The notes: a model not told the origin generated them from the sequence alone. A DNA stretch of 64,000 bases from an uncultured virus (IMG/VR IMGVR_UViG_3300008259_000056) (IMGVR_UViG_3300008259_000056), one strand, 5' to 3'; counted from the stretch's first letter, positions 32,163 to 42,371 are shown. Translations and numbers: made by a program.

Positions 32163-32696
32163 ATGAAAACAAAAAACACATACATCTTATTCGTTTTTGC
32201 TGTTGATGAAGACCAAGATAAGTTTGTTACAACGTTAGGTGAAGAAATATCAATGTTAGCGTTGTCAACTGATGTGAGATATTATTACGGACCACAATCG
32301 GCGGTATATGTATTCACATCAGATGAAAAATTTAAAAATTTATCTGAATTCATTAAAATTATGTTTGAGGTGGAAAATATTCCATTTATGTTACTACCTT
32401 TGGATAAAGAAAATATGGCTTCAGGTTTTGGAAAAGAGGTTGACAAGCATTTATTTGGGAATACTCCTTTAGTAATTAAACCTACAAATATTTCTAAAAT
32501 AAATAGGATTAATGAGATGTTTGAAGATTTAATACATGAAGATTTTGATGAAGAAGATGATGAAATTGAGAAATTAAGGTCAAAATCTTATGAACCTTCA
32601 GTTAATGATATTCTTGATAAAATTAGAGATGTCGGTATTAAGTCATTAACCAAACAAGAGAAAACTATTTTAGATAATTACGCAAAACAACTATAA
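32163..32696 (+). CDS. Hypothetical protein (C-terminal VNDILDKI...SLT..EK..L motif)
   Basis: ATG 32163 lies downstream of the promoter; the TTG at 32145 is inside the -7 box. Confidence 0.6.
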   Translation: MKTKNTYILFVFAVDEDQDKFVTTLGEEISMLALSTDVRYYYGPQSAVYVFTSDEKFKNLSEFIKIMFEVENIPFMLLPLDKENMASGFGKEVDKHLFGNTPLVIKPTNISKINRINEMFEDLIHEDFDEEDDEIEKLRSKSYEPSVNDILDKIRDVGIKSLTKQEKTILDNYAKQL

Positions 32697-32700
32697 TAAT

Positions 32701-33501
32701 ATGAAAGAGAAAAACTTATCAATTCCGATTAATCAAGAAGAAATCCAACTTTATCTTAAAGATATTCGTAAGATAAAAGTTATGACACCTGAAAGAGAAA
32801 GAGAGCTTTCCAATCTAATGAAGACAGGAAATCTTTCCGATACTCAAAAAGAAAGGGTGTATAAAGAATTATTAGAGGGTAATTTACGTTTTGTTATCAC
32901 GGTTGCTAAACAATATCAAAATCAAGGTTTAGATTTTCCTGACTTAGTTGCTGAAGGTAATTTAGGTTTAATGAAAGCGATTAAAAATTTTGATTGGGGT
33001 AAAGACCTTAGATTTATTTCTTATGCGGTTTGGTGGGTTAAACAATCAATTTTACAATCTTTAAATGATAATGCGAGAACAATAAGACTCCCAGTTAACG
33101 TTGTACAAGATTTACATAAGGCAAAAAAAGAGATTGAATCCAATGGGGGTAAATTAGATGATAAATTTCAAAACTTACCAAGCATGATTGATTTAGATAT
33201 GAATATCAATGAAGATGGTGATACATTGGTTGATATTATAAAAAACGATGATGCTGAAATGCCTGATGAGGTATTCAATAGTAAGGACATGTTGAAACAA
33301 AAAATGTTTGAAATTTTAAACATTCTTGATGAACGTGAGAAAGTTATCATTGGTGATTATTTCGGGTTAACTGGTACTCCAAGAACGTTAGAAGACATTG
33401 GGTCTGATTTTGATTTGACTAAAGAAAGAGTTAGACAGATTAAAGAAAAGGCTCTTAGAAAATTAAGGAATGAAAGTTCGGTTTTGTTTGACTACCTATA
33501 A
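32701..33501 (+). CDS. Phage-encoded sigma70-family factor, Bacteroidota RpoD-like
   Basis: YLKDI, NLRFVITVAKQY, EGNLGLMKA, RFISYAVWW..QSI, RTIRLP, TLEDIG..LTKERVRQIKEKALRKLR. Confidence 0.92.
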   Translation: MKEKNLSIPINQEEIQLYLKDIRKIKVMTPERERELSNLMKTGNLSDTQKERVYKELLEGNLRFVITVAKQYQNQGLDFPDLVAEGNLGLMKAIKNFDWGKDLRFISYAVWWVKQSILQSLNDNARTIRLPVNVVQDLHKAKKEIESNGGKLDDKFQNLPSMIDLDMNINEDGDTLVDIIKNDDAEMPDEVFNSKDMLKQKMFEILNILDEREKVIIGDYFGLTGTPRTLEDIGSDFDLTKERVRQIKEKALRKLRNESSVLFDYL

Positions 33502-33508
33502 AAAAAGT

Positions 33509-33549
33509 AAAACCTTCTATTTATTATGGTAGAAGGTTTTTTTATTTTA
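33509..33549 (+). terminator. Intrinsic terminator after sigma gene
   Basis: AAAACCTTCTA / TAGAAGGTTTT stem followed by T-tract. Confidence 0.75.
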
Positions 33550-33564
33550 ATAAAAATTATTGTT

Positions 33565-33894
33565 ATGAAAAAAGTTATTGATTTTGTTAAAAAGTTTAAA
33601 ATTCATATTTTGGCTACGCTTTTATTTATTTTCCTTATGCGTTCTTGTATCAAGTCAGGTGAAGTTAGGAAATTAGATAAAGTTAAAACCGCTAATGAAA
33701 ATGTTATTGATAGTTTAACACGACTTGTTAATGGTCAAAAAGATACAATTAATAATATATCTGAAGTTATTAGACAAGAAAAAATAAAAGTCCATAGAGA
33801 TTACGATGACTACATTTCCTCAAAAGATAGAGGACCGCAACTTATGGAATTACATGCGGTTGTTAAGAAAAATATTCAAGAACTTGAAAAATGA
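33565..33894 (+). CDS. Single-TM coiled-coil protein (spanin-like candidate)
   Basis: Hydrophobic helix ending FLMRSC, then helical region; near amidase. Confidence 0.5.
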   Translation: MKKVIDFVKKFKIHILATLLFIFLMRSCIKSGEVRKLDKVKTANENVIDSLTRLVNGQKDTINNISEVIRQEKIKVHRDYDDYISSKDRGPQLMELHAVVKKNIQELEK

Positions 33895-34721
33895 AAAAAA
33901 TATTTAATTGGGTAAAAGATAATCCAAATAGAAGTATGTTTCTGTTACCAATTATTTTGGTTGCGGGTATTTCTATTTCACACGTTGTAAGTTGGTATGA
34001 TATTGCAAACCCTTTTAGTTGGGCGATATATCTATCAATAGCAATTGAAGTTGGGGCGATGACCGCACTTGTTGCTGCGACCAATAAAATCAAAGGAGGG
34101 GTATGGTTTATGTTTGGTTTAATAACATTAATCCAAATGATTGGTAATATCTTTTTCTCATATAAAGAAATTGATGGTAATGGAACTTTATTTAAATCTT
34201 GGGTTGAGTTAACAGGTCCATTATGGGAAATGATGGGGTCAGACCCGACAGATGTAATATCAATGAAACGATGGTTGGCCTTCCTAGAAGGTGGTTTATT
34301 ACCCGTTATCTCATTAACATCATTACATTTCTTTGTTAAATATGAAAGTAATAATACCGTAAAGGAGACTGTAAACGAGATTGTAAATGAGGAAATAACT
34401 GAGGATAATGATAATGAATATCCAGAACCAAATGAAAAAATAATAAACGCTAAAAAAGTTTGGGAAAAAGTTAATGAATTAAGACAAGAAGGTAAATTAC
34501 CTGAACCCCCTACTGAGGAAGAACTTGCAGAAGAACCGACATCATTAGCATTTACCCCTTATGATACTCAAGAAATGGAAGAGGAGATTGAGGAGGAAGT
34601 TGAATTAACAGAAAATACAAAATTTCCGATAGATAGAATGTTAGAGTTTGATGATATTATGACAACTACAACAACTACCGATGATGGAATTAGAAGATTG
34701 AGTTATGTTAAAAATACATAA
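33891..34721 (+). CDS. Multi-TM membrane protein with acidic C-terminal tail
   Basis: About four hydrophobic segments in the N-terminal 150 aa. Confidence 0.6.
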   Translation: MKKIFNWVKDNPNRSMFLLPIILVAGISISHVVSWYDIANPFSWAIYLSIAIEVGAMTALVAATNKIKGGVWFMFGLITLIQMIGNIFFSYKEIDGNGTLFKSWVELTGPLWEMMGSDPTDVISMKRWLAFLEGGLLPVISLTSLHFFVKYESNNTVKETVNEIVNEEITEDNDNEYPEPNEKIINAKKVWEKVNELRQEGKLPEPPTEEELAEEPTSLAFTPYDTQEMEEEIEEEVELTENTKFPIDRMLEFDDIMTTTTTTDDGIRRLSYVKNT

Positions 34722-34744
34722 TGATAAAATTTTTATAAATCATT

Positions 34745-35347
34745 ATGGAAATTATAAAACACGGAGATTTTAAACCAACAGGTAAACAAAAGAAAAAACA
34801 TCAAATAATTTTAACCCACACATCAAGAAATGTGAATGAGTATCTTCAGGGGTTAAAATATCGTTATAATGGGGATTTTAAAAGAATCCCCAATTATATT
34901 ATAAATAGAGAAGGTAAGATACTTAAGTTATTGGATAATAACGAACACACAAATTACTTCAAAGAACCCAATATCAATAGAAATTCAGTTATTATATGTT
35001 TAGAAAATTTGGGTTGGTTACAAAAAGAACCCCTATCAGACTATTACGTTAACTGGATTGGTGATATTTATAAAGGTAAAGTGTACGAAAAAAAATGGAG
35101 AGACTATTATTTTTGGCAACCTTACACCGAAAAACAAGTTGATTCAACAGTTAATCTGTGTAAAGAAATATTCAAAAATATGTCAATAACTCCAAGTATT
35201 ATCGGACATAATACAAAAATAAATGGGGCTCATAAGTTTGAAGGTGTGGTAACAAGAAGTAATTTCTATACAGATAAAACTGATTTAAGTCCAGCATTCA
35301 ATTATGAAGAGTTTTTAAAAAAAATAGAACATGAAGAACAAGCATGA
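34745..35347 (+). CDS. Amidase_2 / PGRP-fold N-acetylmuramoyl-L-alanine amidase-like protein
   Basis: IILTHTS, NYIINREG, SVIICLEN, YTEKQV, IIGHN, KTDLSPAF. Confidence 0.7.
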   Translation: MEIIKHGDFKPTGKQKKKHQIILTHTSRNVNEYLQGLKYRYNGDFKRIPNYIINREGKILKLLDNNEHTNYFKEPNINRNSVIICLENLGWLQKEPLSDYYVNWIGDIYKGKVYEKKWRDYYFWQPYTEKQVDSTVNLCKEIFKNMSITPSIIGHNTKINGAHKFEGVVTRSNFYTDKTDLSPAFNYEEFLKKIEHEEQA

Positions 35348-35960
35348 TGAAATAAAAGATTTGTTAAAGGCGACTAGAAATATGTTGTCAAATTCTTTAG
35401 TTAAAGAAGAAACCGAAAGAATTAAAAAAACTTATGGTATGTTAACCGAAGAAGACGTTTTGAAAAAATATAATGTCGGTAAAGCAATTGAAGATTCAAT
35501 TGAAGATGATGAAGACGAGGAAAAAGATGAGTACGAAGTAAGTGATGATAATAAAGAAAAAGAAACTGCGGACGATAAGAAACAAGGTTACAGAATATCT
35601 GGTGGAATATTAGTTTTACACGGTAAAGATAATACTGACTTAGAATTAACTACGGATGAAAAAATGGCCTTCCAAGAAACTATGGACGAGTTCGTTAGTG
35701 AGGTTTCAGATTTAGTTGATTTCAATAAGTTAAACGTCTATTCAAAGAACGTTGAATGGTCAGGTAAAATCATTGATTTTGAGATTGAATTTTTCTACTC
35801 AATAGGTGAAGAAAATGGTGTTTATATTCAAGGGGATATGATTAAGACTGATGAAAAGTTTTTAGATATGGTGAATAAATTAAAAGTTTATTACGATAAG
35901 TTTAAATCTAAGTGGGCTAAAGTTTTAGCATCAAGAAAGAAAACTTCACCAAATGAGTAA
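35331..35960 (+). CDS. Acidic hypothetical protein, probable internal head protein
   Basis: LVKEE and MLTEE motifs near N-terminus. Confidence 0.5.
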   Translation: MKNKHDEIKDLLKATRNMLSNSLVKEETERIKKTYGMLTEEDVLKKYNVGKAIEDSIEDDEDEEKDEYEVSDDNKEKETADDKKQGYRISGGILVLHGKDNTDLELTTDEKMAFQETMDEFVSEVSDLVDFNKLNVYSKNVEWSGKIIDFEIEFFYSIGEENGVYIQGDMIKTDEKFLDMVNKLKVYYDKFKSKWAKVLASRKKTSPNE

Positions 35961-36582
35961 ATTCTTTGAAAAAATTGACACAAAAACAATAATAATTTTC
36001 GGATTAATTATTGTCATTTTTTTATTGAATATGTGCTCAACGGATATCAGTGATGATAAGAAAAAAGTAAAAATTGCGGGAAAAACTTATACTATAATTA
36101 AACACGAAATTGATACTGTATTAGTACCTGTAAAACAAGTTATATATAAAGATGGTAAAGAAATATATCGTGAAAATACGATTTATGTTGATGTACCGTC
36201 AAATGTTGATACAAACGGTATTATCAGAAATTATTACAGTCAGGTTGTTTATAAAGATACATTAAAACTTGGTGATAGTTTAGGGTATATCTCTGTTGTT
36301 GATACTATTTTTAATAATTCCATTTTAAATAGGAAGTGGGAGTCTTATGTGAATAAAATTACCGTTAAAGAGGTTCTTTATCTGAAACAAGACCCACGAC
36401 TACAATTTTTTGTTGGAGGATTTGGTGGGTACAATTCAGGATTAAATAGTGTGTACCTTGGACCTACTATAATGTTAAAAAATAAAAAAGAAAATACGTT
36501 TAATCTTGGAATCGGGGTTGGAACTGGAAAAGAAGTTTTACTTCAAGGAGGTATTTATAGATTAATTAGATTAAAGAAATAA
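35953..36582 (+). CDS. N-terminal TM protein with amphipathic beta-rich C-terminus
   Basis: IIIFGLIIVIFLLNMC; C-terminal alternating Gly/aromatic strands. Confidence 0.55.
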   Translation: MSKFFEKIDTKTIIIFGLIIVIFLLNMCSTDISDDKKKVKIAGKTYTIIKHEIDTVLVPVKQVIYKDGKEIYRENTIYVDVPSNVDTNGIIRNYYSQVVYKDTLKLGDSLGYISVVDTIFNNSILNRKWESYVNKITVKEVLYLKQDPRLQFFVGGFGGYNSGLNSVYLGPTIMLKNKKENTFNLGIGVGTGKEVLLQGGIYRLIRLKK

Positions 36583-36583
36583 T

Positions 36584-36829
36584 ATGGCACTTACTACAAC
36601 TGAAAAAAGAGAGATTGAAACAATGATTCGTAAAGAAATTAAAGATTTCATTGGTAGTAATACCATGAAACAATACGAAGATAAGTTATTAACTATCTTG
36701 GCTAAAGAAATTAGTAGAGGTAAAGTTCAAGGTGATGTTAAAGATGTTGTTATAAAAGTTTTCAGAGAATTCTACAATTTTATGTGGACTCAACGAGGTT
36801 ATTGGGAACCTAGATTAAAAAATGCTTGA
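36584..36829 (+). CDS. Hypothetical protein
   Basis: 81 aa ORF. Confidence 0.6.
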   Translation: MALTTTEKREIETMIRKEIKDFIGSNTMKQYEDKLLTILAKEISRGKVQGDVKDVVIKVFREFYNFMWTQRGYWEPRLKNA

Positions 36830-36832
36830 TAG

Positions 36833-37281
36833 ATGAATTTAAGTGAAGATTTTATGTCAAATTTAAAAAGTGCTATACCTAAACAAATGAGTTCTGCGGG
36901 AGTTTTTAATTCAGGTGTTGAAGGTGGTAATATTGAAGCTATGAAAAGTATTAATACGTATAACCGTGAATTAAGTGAAGAACCCAACAATGGTGAAACT
37001 GATGAGGGAATGGGCGCGGCTTCTGCTGGTGGGTACTCAACACAACTGTTTAGTGCTACAAAGAAAGATATTGAGGACATCACTAAAGTTGAGGCGACTG
37101 AAGCAACTGGCTCTGTATCATCAGGGTCTTTCCTTATTGTAATCAAGGGGATATAAATGCTCTTAAATTAACTAATGAGGGTATTGTTGACAATGTGATT
37201 AAAAAACTTAGTGAGAAATATAATTTAAGTGAGTCGGTGATTAGAACTATTTTAAAAAATCATTTGAATCAAAATAAATAA
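36833..37281 (+). pseudogene. Frameshifted gene: 36833-37128 continues in the -1 frame to 37281
   Basis: -1 frame from 37129 reads FPYCNQGDINALKLTNEG...NQNK* and has no start codon upstream of FPYC (TGA at 37099). Confidence 0.55.
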
Positions 37282-37319
37282 ACCTGATTTTATAGGTATT
37301 TATAAAAAAAAACAAAACA

Positions 37320-39086
37320 ATGAAAAGAAGACTAAATGAAAGTTATATTAATTCTATCGTTAGTAAATTTTTAAATGAGAATTTAGAAGAAAGGGCTGAC
37401 GAACTTATGTCAAAAATAAAGACTAATGTTAACGAACTTGGAGGTATGGAAGACGACCATCCAAAGTTTGGTAAATTAAATTTTTCAAAAATGTCACGAG
37501 AAGAAATTGACGCATTAATGAATGATTATGTTGACTCTGATGAAGAAGAAGATGGAACAATGAGAGGTCGTTTCTTTGATGATGAAGATTCGGGTGACAA
37601 CGAATGGACTGAACTTGATATTGATTCCGATACAGAGTTGGATGAGGGATTTGATGACCCGTATATTCAAAAAGCAAGAGGTGGTAAAGATTATTCTTCA
37701 AGAGAGTTTAAAAAAATACCTAAAGGTAGAGATATTGATATGAGAAATTTAAGAGACGACTCAATAACACCTAGTAAATATTTGGGTAATAAAATGGATG
37801 ATATTTCTGACTTATTTAAAAGAAATTTCCGTGATGATGACGATGATGACTATGATTACAATTTTGACGATGAAGATGGTGGTGATTTAGTGTCAGAAAT
37901 GGAAAAATCACTTTGTGAATGTGGTGGAAATATGTATGAAGGTGAATGTATGGAATGCGGTAAATCATATGGTATGATGGATGAAGACATTTATGATGTT
38001 GATGATTTAGACGATTCTAATGAATTTGACTACGTAGAAGAAGGTGTATTTGATGAAGAAGGTGATGAAGAATTTGATTACACTAGTGATGAGCCAAATG
38101 TTGGTGGATGTAAAGCAGTTAACGATGTAATTCGTAATCAAGGAGGTAAAGTCACTGATTTAGATAAGGAACTTATGAAAAGATATGATTGTAAGTCAGA
38201 AATGACCGAGAGACTTCATGGTAGACAAAGAGTTTTGGACAAAAACAAAAATAATAAAATTGATGATGAGGACTTTAAAATGTTACAAGGTAAAAAATCT
38301 GAAACTAAAGAAGGTAAAAAGTTTCCTGATTTAAGTGGTGACGGTAAAGTAACTCGTAAAGATATTCTTTTAGGTCGTGGAGTTAAACTAGGTAAGAATG
38401 GTAAGAAAAGTAAGATTAAAGAATCTGTAAAACTTACTGAAGATGAAATGATTGAGTTAATTGAGAATATTATCAAAGAAGAAGAGAAGTTAAAAGTTAT
38501 TGGTGGAAAACCTAAAGGTCTTACTAAGTATGAAGAAGTTCATAGAAAAGACGGTAAGGAAAATGATGAATATTTAAAATCGGTTGCTGCTAAAATGAAA
38601 GAATATTTGAAAGACGGTTCAAAAGGTGAGTATACTGAAAGTCCAAAACATTTCCCAAAAGGTAATGGACAGTTAGCCAAAATGGCCGCAAAGAAATATA
38701 CAATGTCAGATGACGGTAAAGATTTTTTAAATAATTATATGAAACCAGGGATGGAAGATTTAGTACCTGAAGAAATTGAATATGATGAAGATTGGGTGTC
38801 CGATACAATTGAAGGGTCCTCAAGAACAGGTAATTCGGATGAATATGCTAATGCTGAACAAACCGAGGTGAATAAAAATGTTAATAAGAAAAGAAAGGCT
38901 AAGAAATTTCACAAGGCGAAAGAAACGGCATATAGAAAATCTAGAGTCCCTGTTACTGACGGTACTGGTGAGAATTCAGGTTCAGGAATTCATATTAAAG
39001 AATCTGATACTAAAGAAAGTAAAGTATTAAACGAAGAGTTCAACAAGATTCAACACCTGATGAATTACGACAGAAAGACTCAATAA
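37320..39086 (+). CDS. Highly charged probable internal head/scaffold-like protein
   Basis: Many L/I-x-E motifs, CECG..CMECG, DKNKNNKIDDED and DLSGDGKVTRKD loops; TATTTAT upstream. Confidence 0.55.
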   Translation: MKRRLNESYINSIVSKFLNENLEERADELMSKIKTNVNELGGMEDDHPKFGKLNFSKMSREEIDALMNDYVDSDEEEDGTMRGRFFDDEDSGDNEWTELDIDSDTELDEGFDDPYIQKARGGKDYSSREFKKIPKGRDIDMRNLRDDSITPSKYLGNKMDDISDLFKRNFRDDDDDDYDYNFDDEDGGDLVSEMEKSLCECGGNMYEGECMECGKSYGMMDEDIYDVDDLDDSNEFDYVEEGVFDEEGDEEFDYTSDEPNVGGCKAVNDVIRNQGGKVTDLDKELMKRYDCKSEMTERLHGRQRVLDKNKNNKIDDEDFKMLQGKKSETKEGKKFPDLSGDGKVTRKDILLGRGVKLGKNGKKSKIKESVKLTEDEMIELIENIIKEEEKLKVIGGKPKGLTKYEEVHRKDGKENDEYLKSVAAKMKEYLKDGSKGEYTESPKHFPKGNGQLAKMAAKKYTMSDDGKDFLNNYMKPGMEDLVPEEIEYDEDWVSDTIEGSSRTGNSDEYANAEQTEVNKNVNKKRKAKKFHKAKETAYRKSRVPVTDGTGENSGSGIHIKESDTKESKVLNEEFNKIQHLMNYDRKTQ

Positions 39087-39133
39087 TTTACATTAACACA
39101 TATTTAATTATTATTTCTCCATAGACGAACTCT

Positions 39134-39604
39134 ATGGAGAATTTTTTTAATTACCTAACAAAACCAATTGCCCACGAAGATGTTTTAGTGTGGTTTGAGG
39201 CTAATAATATTATATATGAAAAATTAGAACTCTTTTCTGATTTTTCATTATCACTTTATGAACTTATAAGAAAAACTTATTTGGGTGAAAGTGATGTTCC
39301 TGTTGACACCAAAATAACTTTAAGTGATGAAGATAATCAAAAACATTTTGAATGGTGTTGGAAAAGAACATTGGATAACTTTGAAAAGGAAGGAATAAAA
39401 TTCTCAAGTAGAGGTGAACATTATGATTATTTTAAATCATTCTTCTTTGAAGTTTTTTATAATCAAAAAGAAGAATATCTTAAAAATTCGGTGGGAGAAT
39501 TTTTTGATGACCTATTTAATATGGAAAAAGGGTTTACCAAGTCAGATTTAGATATGGTCTCAACAATGTATAAATTTTTAGACAAGAGTATTAAAAAATC
39601 TTGA
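39134..39604 (+). CDS. Hypothetical protein
   Basis: 156 aa ORF. Confidence 0.6.
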   Translation: MENFFNYLTKPIAHEDVLVWFEANNIIYEKLELFSDFSLSLYELIRKTYLGESDVPVDTKITLSDEDNQKHFEWCWKRTLDNFEKEGIKFSSRGEHYDYFKSFFFEVFYNQKEEYLKNSVGEFFDDLFNMEKGFTKSDLDMVSTMYKFLDKSIKKS

Positions 39605-39672
39605 TTCTATTTACAATGAGTCAAATAAAATTACATTTTACTTAAACAATAAAATTCATTAAATTATTTTAA

Positions 39673-39852
39673 ATGGAAACATTAGAACAAATTAAAACAT
39701 TGACAGAAGAATTGTCAGTTAATGGTACTAAGTTTTTTAAAGGTGGTAACAAAAGTGCGGGAACTAGAACTCGTAAAATTGCTCAAGAGTTAAAAGATTT
39801 GTTACAAACCCTTAGAAAAGAGGTATTAGAAGAAAGAAAAGGGACTGAGTAA
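39673..39852 (+). CDS. Histone H1-like Hc1-family protein (59 aa, not in ORF track)
   Basis: METLEQIKTLTEEL...KFFKGGNKSAGTRTRKIAQELK...LRKEV; GNKxAGTRxRK motif. Confidence 0.8.
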   Translation: METLEQIKTLTEELSVNGTKFFKGGNKSAGTRTRKIAQELKDLLQTLRKEVLEERKGTE

Positions 39853-40040
39853 TGTACAATATTGAAAGTATATTTTTATTCGTATTTATATTTTCAGTCT
39901 TAACTGTGTTAAGGACAGTTTTTAGGTTTATAAGTACCCTATTACAAAATCAGCCCGAAAGGATTGCATTGAGTAATAGGGTTCTAATTTACCTAGGGTT
40001 ATCAATGTCATACATTATAACATATTTAATTAAATCATAA
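39852..40040 (+). CDS. Small two-TM membrane protein
   Basis: Two hydrophobic segments; TAATG coupling. Confidence 0.55.
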   Translation: MYNIESIFLFVFIFSVLTVLRTVFRFISTLLQNQPERIALSNRVLIYLGLSMSYIITYLIKS

Positions 40041-40041
40041 T

Positions 40042-40485
40042 ATGAGTTTATATAAAGAATTTTCAAGTCTTTTACCACATCTACAATCTGTAAGAAAATT
40101 AAAAGATTATTTTAGTTTTGACGTATCATTTCCATTATCTTGGAAATTACCAAAAAAATATGTTGACGAAGATAGAGTAGTTGAACAGGAAAGTAAAACC
40201 GCAACACATAGGTTTTTTTCTTTTGTATCTGAAATAAATGAACAAGATGTGGACAGAATTACCTCAAACATTAAAAATATTATTAAATATAACTTAGAGA
40301 GAGAAGAAAAAGAACGATTGTTTGAAAATAAGGTTAATGAGTTAAAAGGTATTTTTGAAAAACAAAATTTAAATAGTCTTAAAAATTTAAAGTTTCAGTT
40401 GAATTTAAATAAAATTGAATTAGATGACGATGAAGAAGAAATCAAACCATCTGAAGTGGTTAGAGACACAGATGACAAAGGATAA
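40042..40485 (+). CDS. Hypothetical protein
   Basis: 147 aa ORF. Confidence 0.6.
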   Translation: MSLYKEFSSLLPHLQSVRKLKDYFSFDVSFPLSWKLPKKYVDEDRVVEQESKTATHRFFSFVSEINEQDVDRITSNIKNIIKYNLEREEKERLFENKVNELKGIFEKQNLNSLKNLKFQLNLNKIELDDDEEEIKPSEVVRDTDDKG

Positions 40486-40624
40486 GAAAGAGTTAGAGAT
40501 TGATAAAAATCAAATTATACAAAACATTAAAAAATTAAAAAAAGAGGATATTCTACCCAAAGTAGTTGTACCTAAAAAATTGACATTATGGCAGAAAATC
40601 AAGAGAGTATTGATGGGATTATAG
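40430..40624 (+). CDS. Small basic hypothetical protein (start uncertain)
   Basis: Overlaps both neighbours; ends LTLWQKIKRVLMGL. Confidence 0.45.
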   Translation: MKKKSNHLKWLETQMTKDKKELEIDKNQIIQNIKKLKKEDILPKVVVPKKLTLWQKIKRVLMGL

Positions 40625-40839
40625 AAAAATTAGCCATTATTGCCGATGCTTCAGATACTCTATTCCCAAATGGGAGGAAGGCGATTATCTTTGAACTTAA
40701 AATAGACGACTTTAAGAAAGTACAGAAAAATTTTAGGGAGGTGGACCAATCCTTCAAGCAGTTTAAAATTGAAATATCTGGAACAGAATTCATCTTTTTG
40801 TTGGATGAGTTGTTGACTGACGAAAAAGATAAGATTTAG
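40588..40839 (+). CDS. Hypothetical protein
   Basis: 83 aa ORF. Confidence 0.55.
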   Translation: MAENQESIDGIIEKLAIIADASDTLFPNGRKAIIFELKIDDFKKVQKNFREVDQSFKQFKIEISGTEFIFLLDELLTDEKDKI

Positions 40840-41428
40840 GGAATCCCTTCTCAGTCAGGATGTTATAGAGGTATTTCCTCTGATTAGTATCGTAATCTTT
40901 AATAAACATACAATCCATTCTTTTTAATTCCAAAAAATAAGATAACATTGAGTCAATAAATCTTGATGAATCATCATCATTTTTGAAGGTGAATAATTTA
41001 AATACATCATCATTTTGAACAATAATTTTGTTATTTAACTTGGAAACCATTTTAAGACCTGGCGAGTCTAAATATTTTTTAATAAATGTAGTGGTGTTTA
41101 TTTTTTTCTTAGTGTTATAATCAAGGAAAAATTCATCAATATTATATGGGTTTATTTTAGTTATAATGTGTTCATTTTCATCTAACTCAACTTTTATTTG
41201 CCTACCAATATTGTCTTTTATAAATAAAGAATTGATGTTATTAGATTTTGGCTCTAAAAGACCTAATTCATAATTGGATTCAAATCCGTTATCGTATTGT
41301 TTAGAAAATATAATATTCTCACTTTTATCTATTAGTGTTTTATAAAAATTTTCGGCACGTTTAAATGTTTTAAATTTCTTTATTATTTTCTTTTTTACTT
41401 TATTTTTAAACAGAACAATCATGTACAT
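40790..41428 (-). CDS. Hypothetical basic protein
   Basis: 212 aa ORF, divergent from dnaJ. Confidence 0.6.
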   Translation of the reverse strand: MYMIVLFKNKVKKKIIKKFKTFKRAENFYKTLIDKSENIIFSKQYDNGFESNYELGLLEPKSNNINSLFIKDNIGRQIKVELDENEHIITKINPYNIDEFFLDYNTKKKINTTTFIKKYLDSPGLKMVSKLNNKIIVQNDDVFKLFTFKNDDDSSRFIDSMLSYFLELKRMDCMFIKDYDTNQRKYLYNILTEKGFPKSYLFRQSTTHPTKR

Positions 41429-41462
41429 ACATAAAAAATTAATATAATAGAAAAAAAAGGAA

Positions 41463-42371
41463 ATGGAGAATTTTTACGAGACATTAGGAGTTAAAGAAAG
41501 TGCAACTCAAGATGAAATTAAAAAAGCTTATAGAAAATTGGCCGTTAAACATCATCCTGATAAAGGTGGGTCTGAAGATACCTTTAAGAAAATATCTGAA
41601 GCTTATGACACATTGGGTGATGAGAATAAAAGAAAACAATACGATAATCAAAAAAACAATCCATTTGGGGATATGGGTGGAGGATTTAACCCATTCTCAG
41701 ATATGTTTAATATGTTTAATCAAGGATTTAGAAGAGGGGCTCCCGATAAAATATTACATGTTAATGTTGGAGTAATTGAATCGTTCCTTGGGAAGGATAA
41801 AGAAATTACATATTCAAGAGAAGTAATGTGTAATACTTGTGAAGGGCGTGGAGGTGAAAAAACAAATTGTCCATCTTGTCAAGGGCAAGGTTTTTTTGAT
41901 GTTAAAGTTGGTGGTAGTATGTTTAGTCAGGTTGTTAGACAAACTTGTAATAATTGTAAAGGGTCTGGTCAAGTTTATACCAGTGTTTGTCACGGTTGTA
42001 ATGGTAAGACAACAAAAACTAAAATGGAAAATATTAAAATTAAATTGCCACACGGAATTGATGAGTCACAGTTTTTAAAAATGCAAGGTAACGGGGATTA
42101 CAGTAATGGTAGTTACGGTAATTTAGTTATGAAAATTAATATTATCCCTGAAGATAATTGGGAAAAATTAGGTAATGACCTTATATATAATAAATTTTAT
42201 AATTACGATGAATTAAACTCCGATTCAATTGAGATACCACATCCTAGCGGTCCTATATCATTAAATTTACCTAATGAGTTTAATACATCAATACCGTTGA
42301 GAGTTAAAGGTAAAGGATTTCACGGTGGAGATTTGTTTATAAAACAACACGTTAAGTTTGTTAAGAATTAG
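41463..42371 (+). CDS. dnaJ: DnaJ chaperone (J domain + zinc finger + C-terminal domain)
   Basis: HHPDKGG J domain, G/F region, four CxxCxG repeats, GNLVMKI. Confidence 0.92.
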   Translation: MENFYETLGVKESATQDEIKKAYRKLAVKHHPDKGGSEDTFKKISEAYDTLGDENKRKQYDNQKNNPFGDMGGGFNPFSDMFNMFNQGFRRGAPDKILHVNVGVIESFLGKDKEITYSREVMCNTCEGRGGEKTNCPSCQGQGFFDVKVGGSMFSQVVRQTCNNCKGSGQVYTSVCHGCNGKTTKTKMENIKIKLPHGIDESQFLKMQGNGDYSNGSYGNLVMKINIIPEDNWEKLGNDLIYNKFYNYDELNSDSIEIPHPSGPISLNLPNEFNTSIPLRVKGKGFHGGDLFIKQHVKFVKN

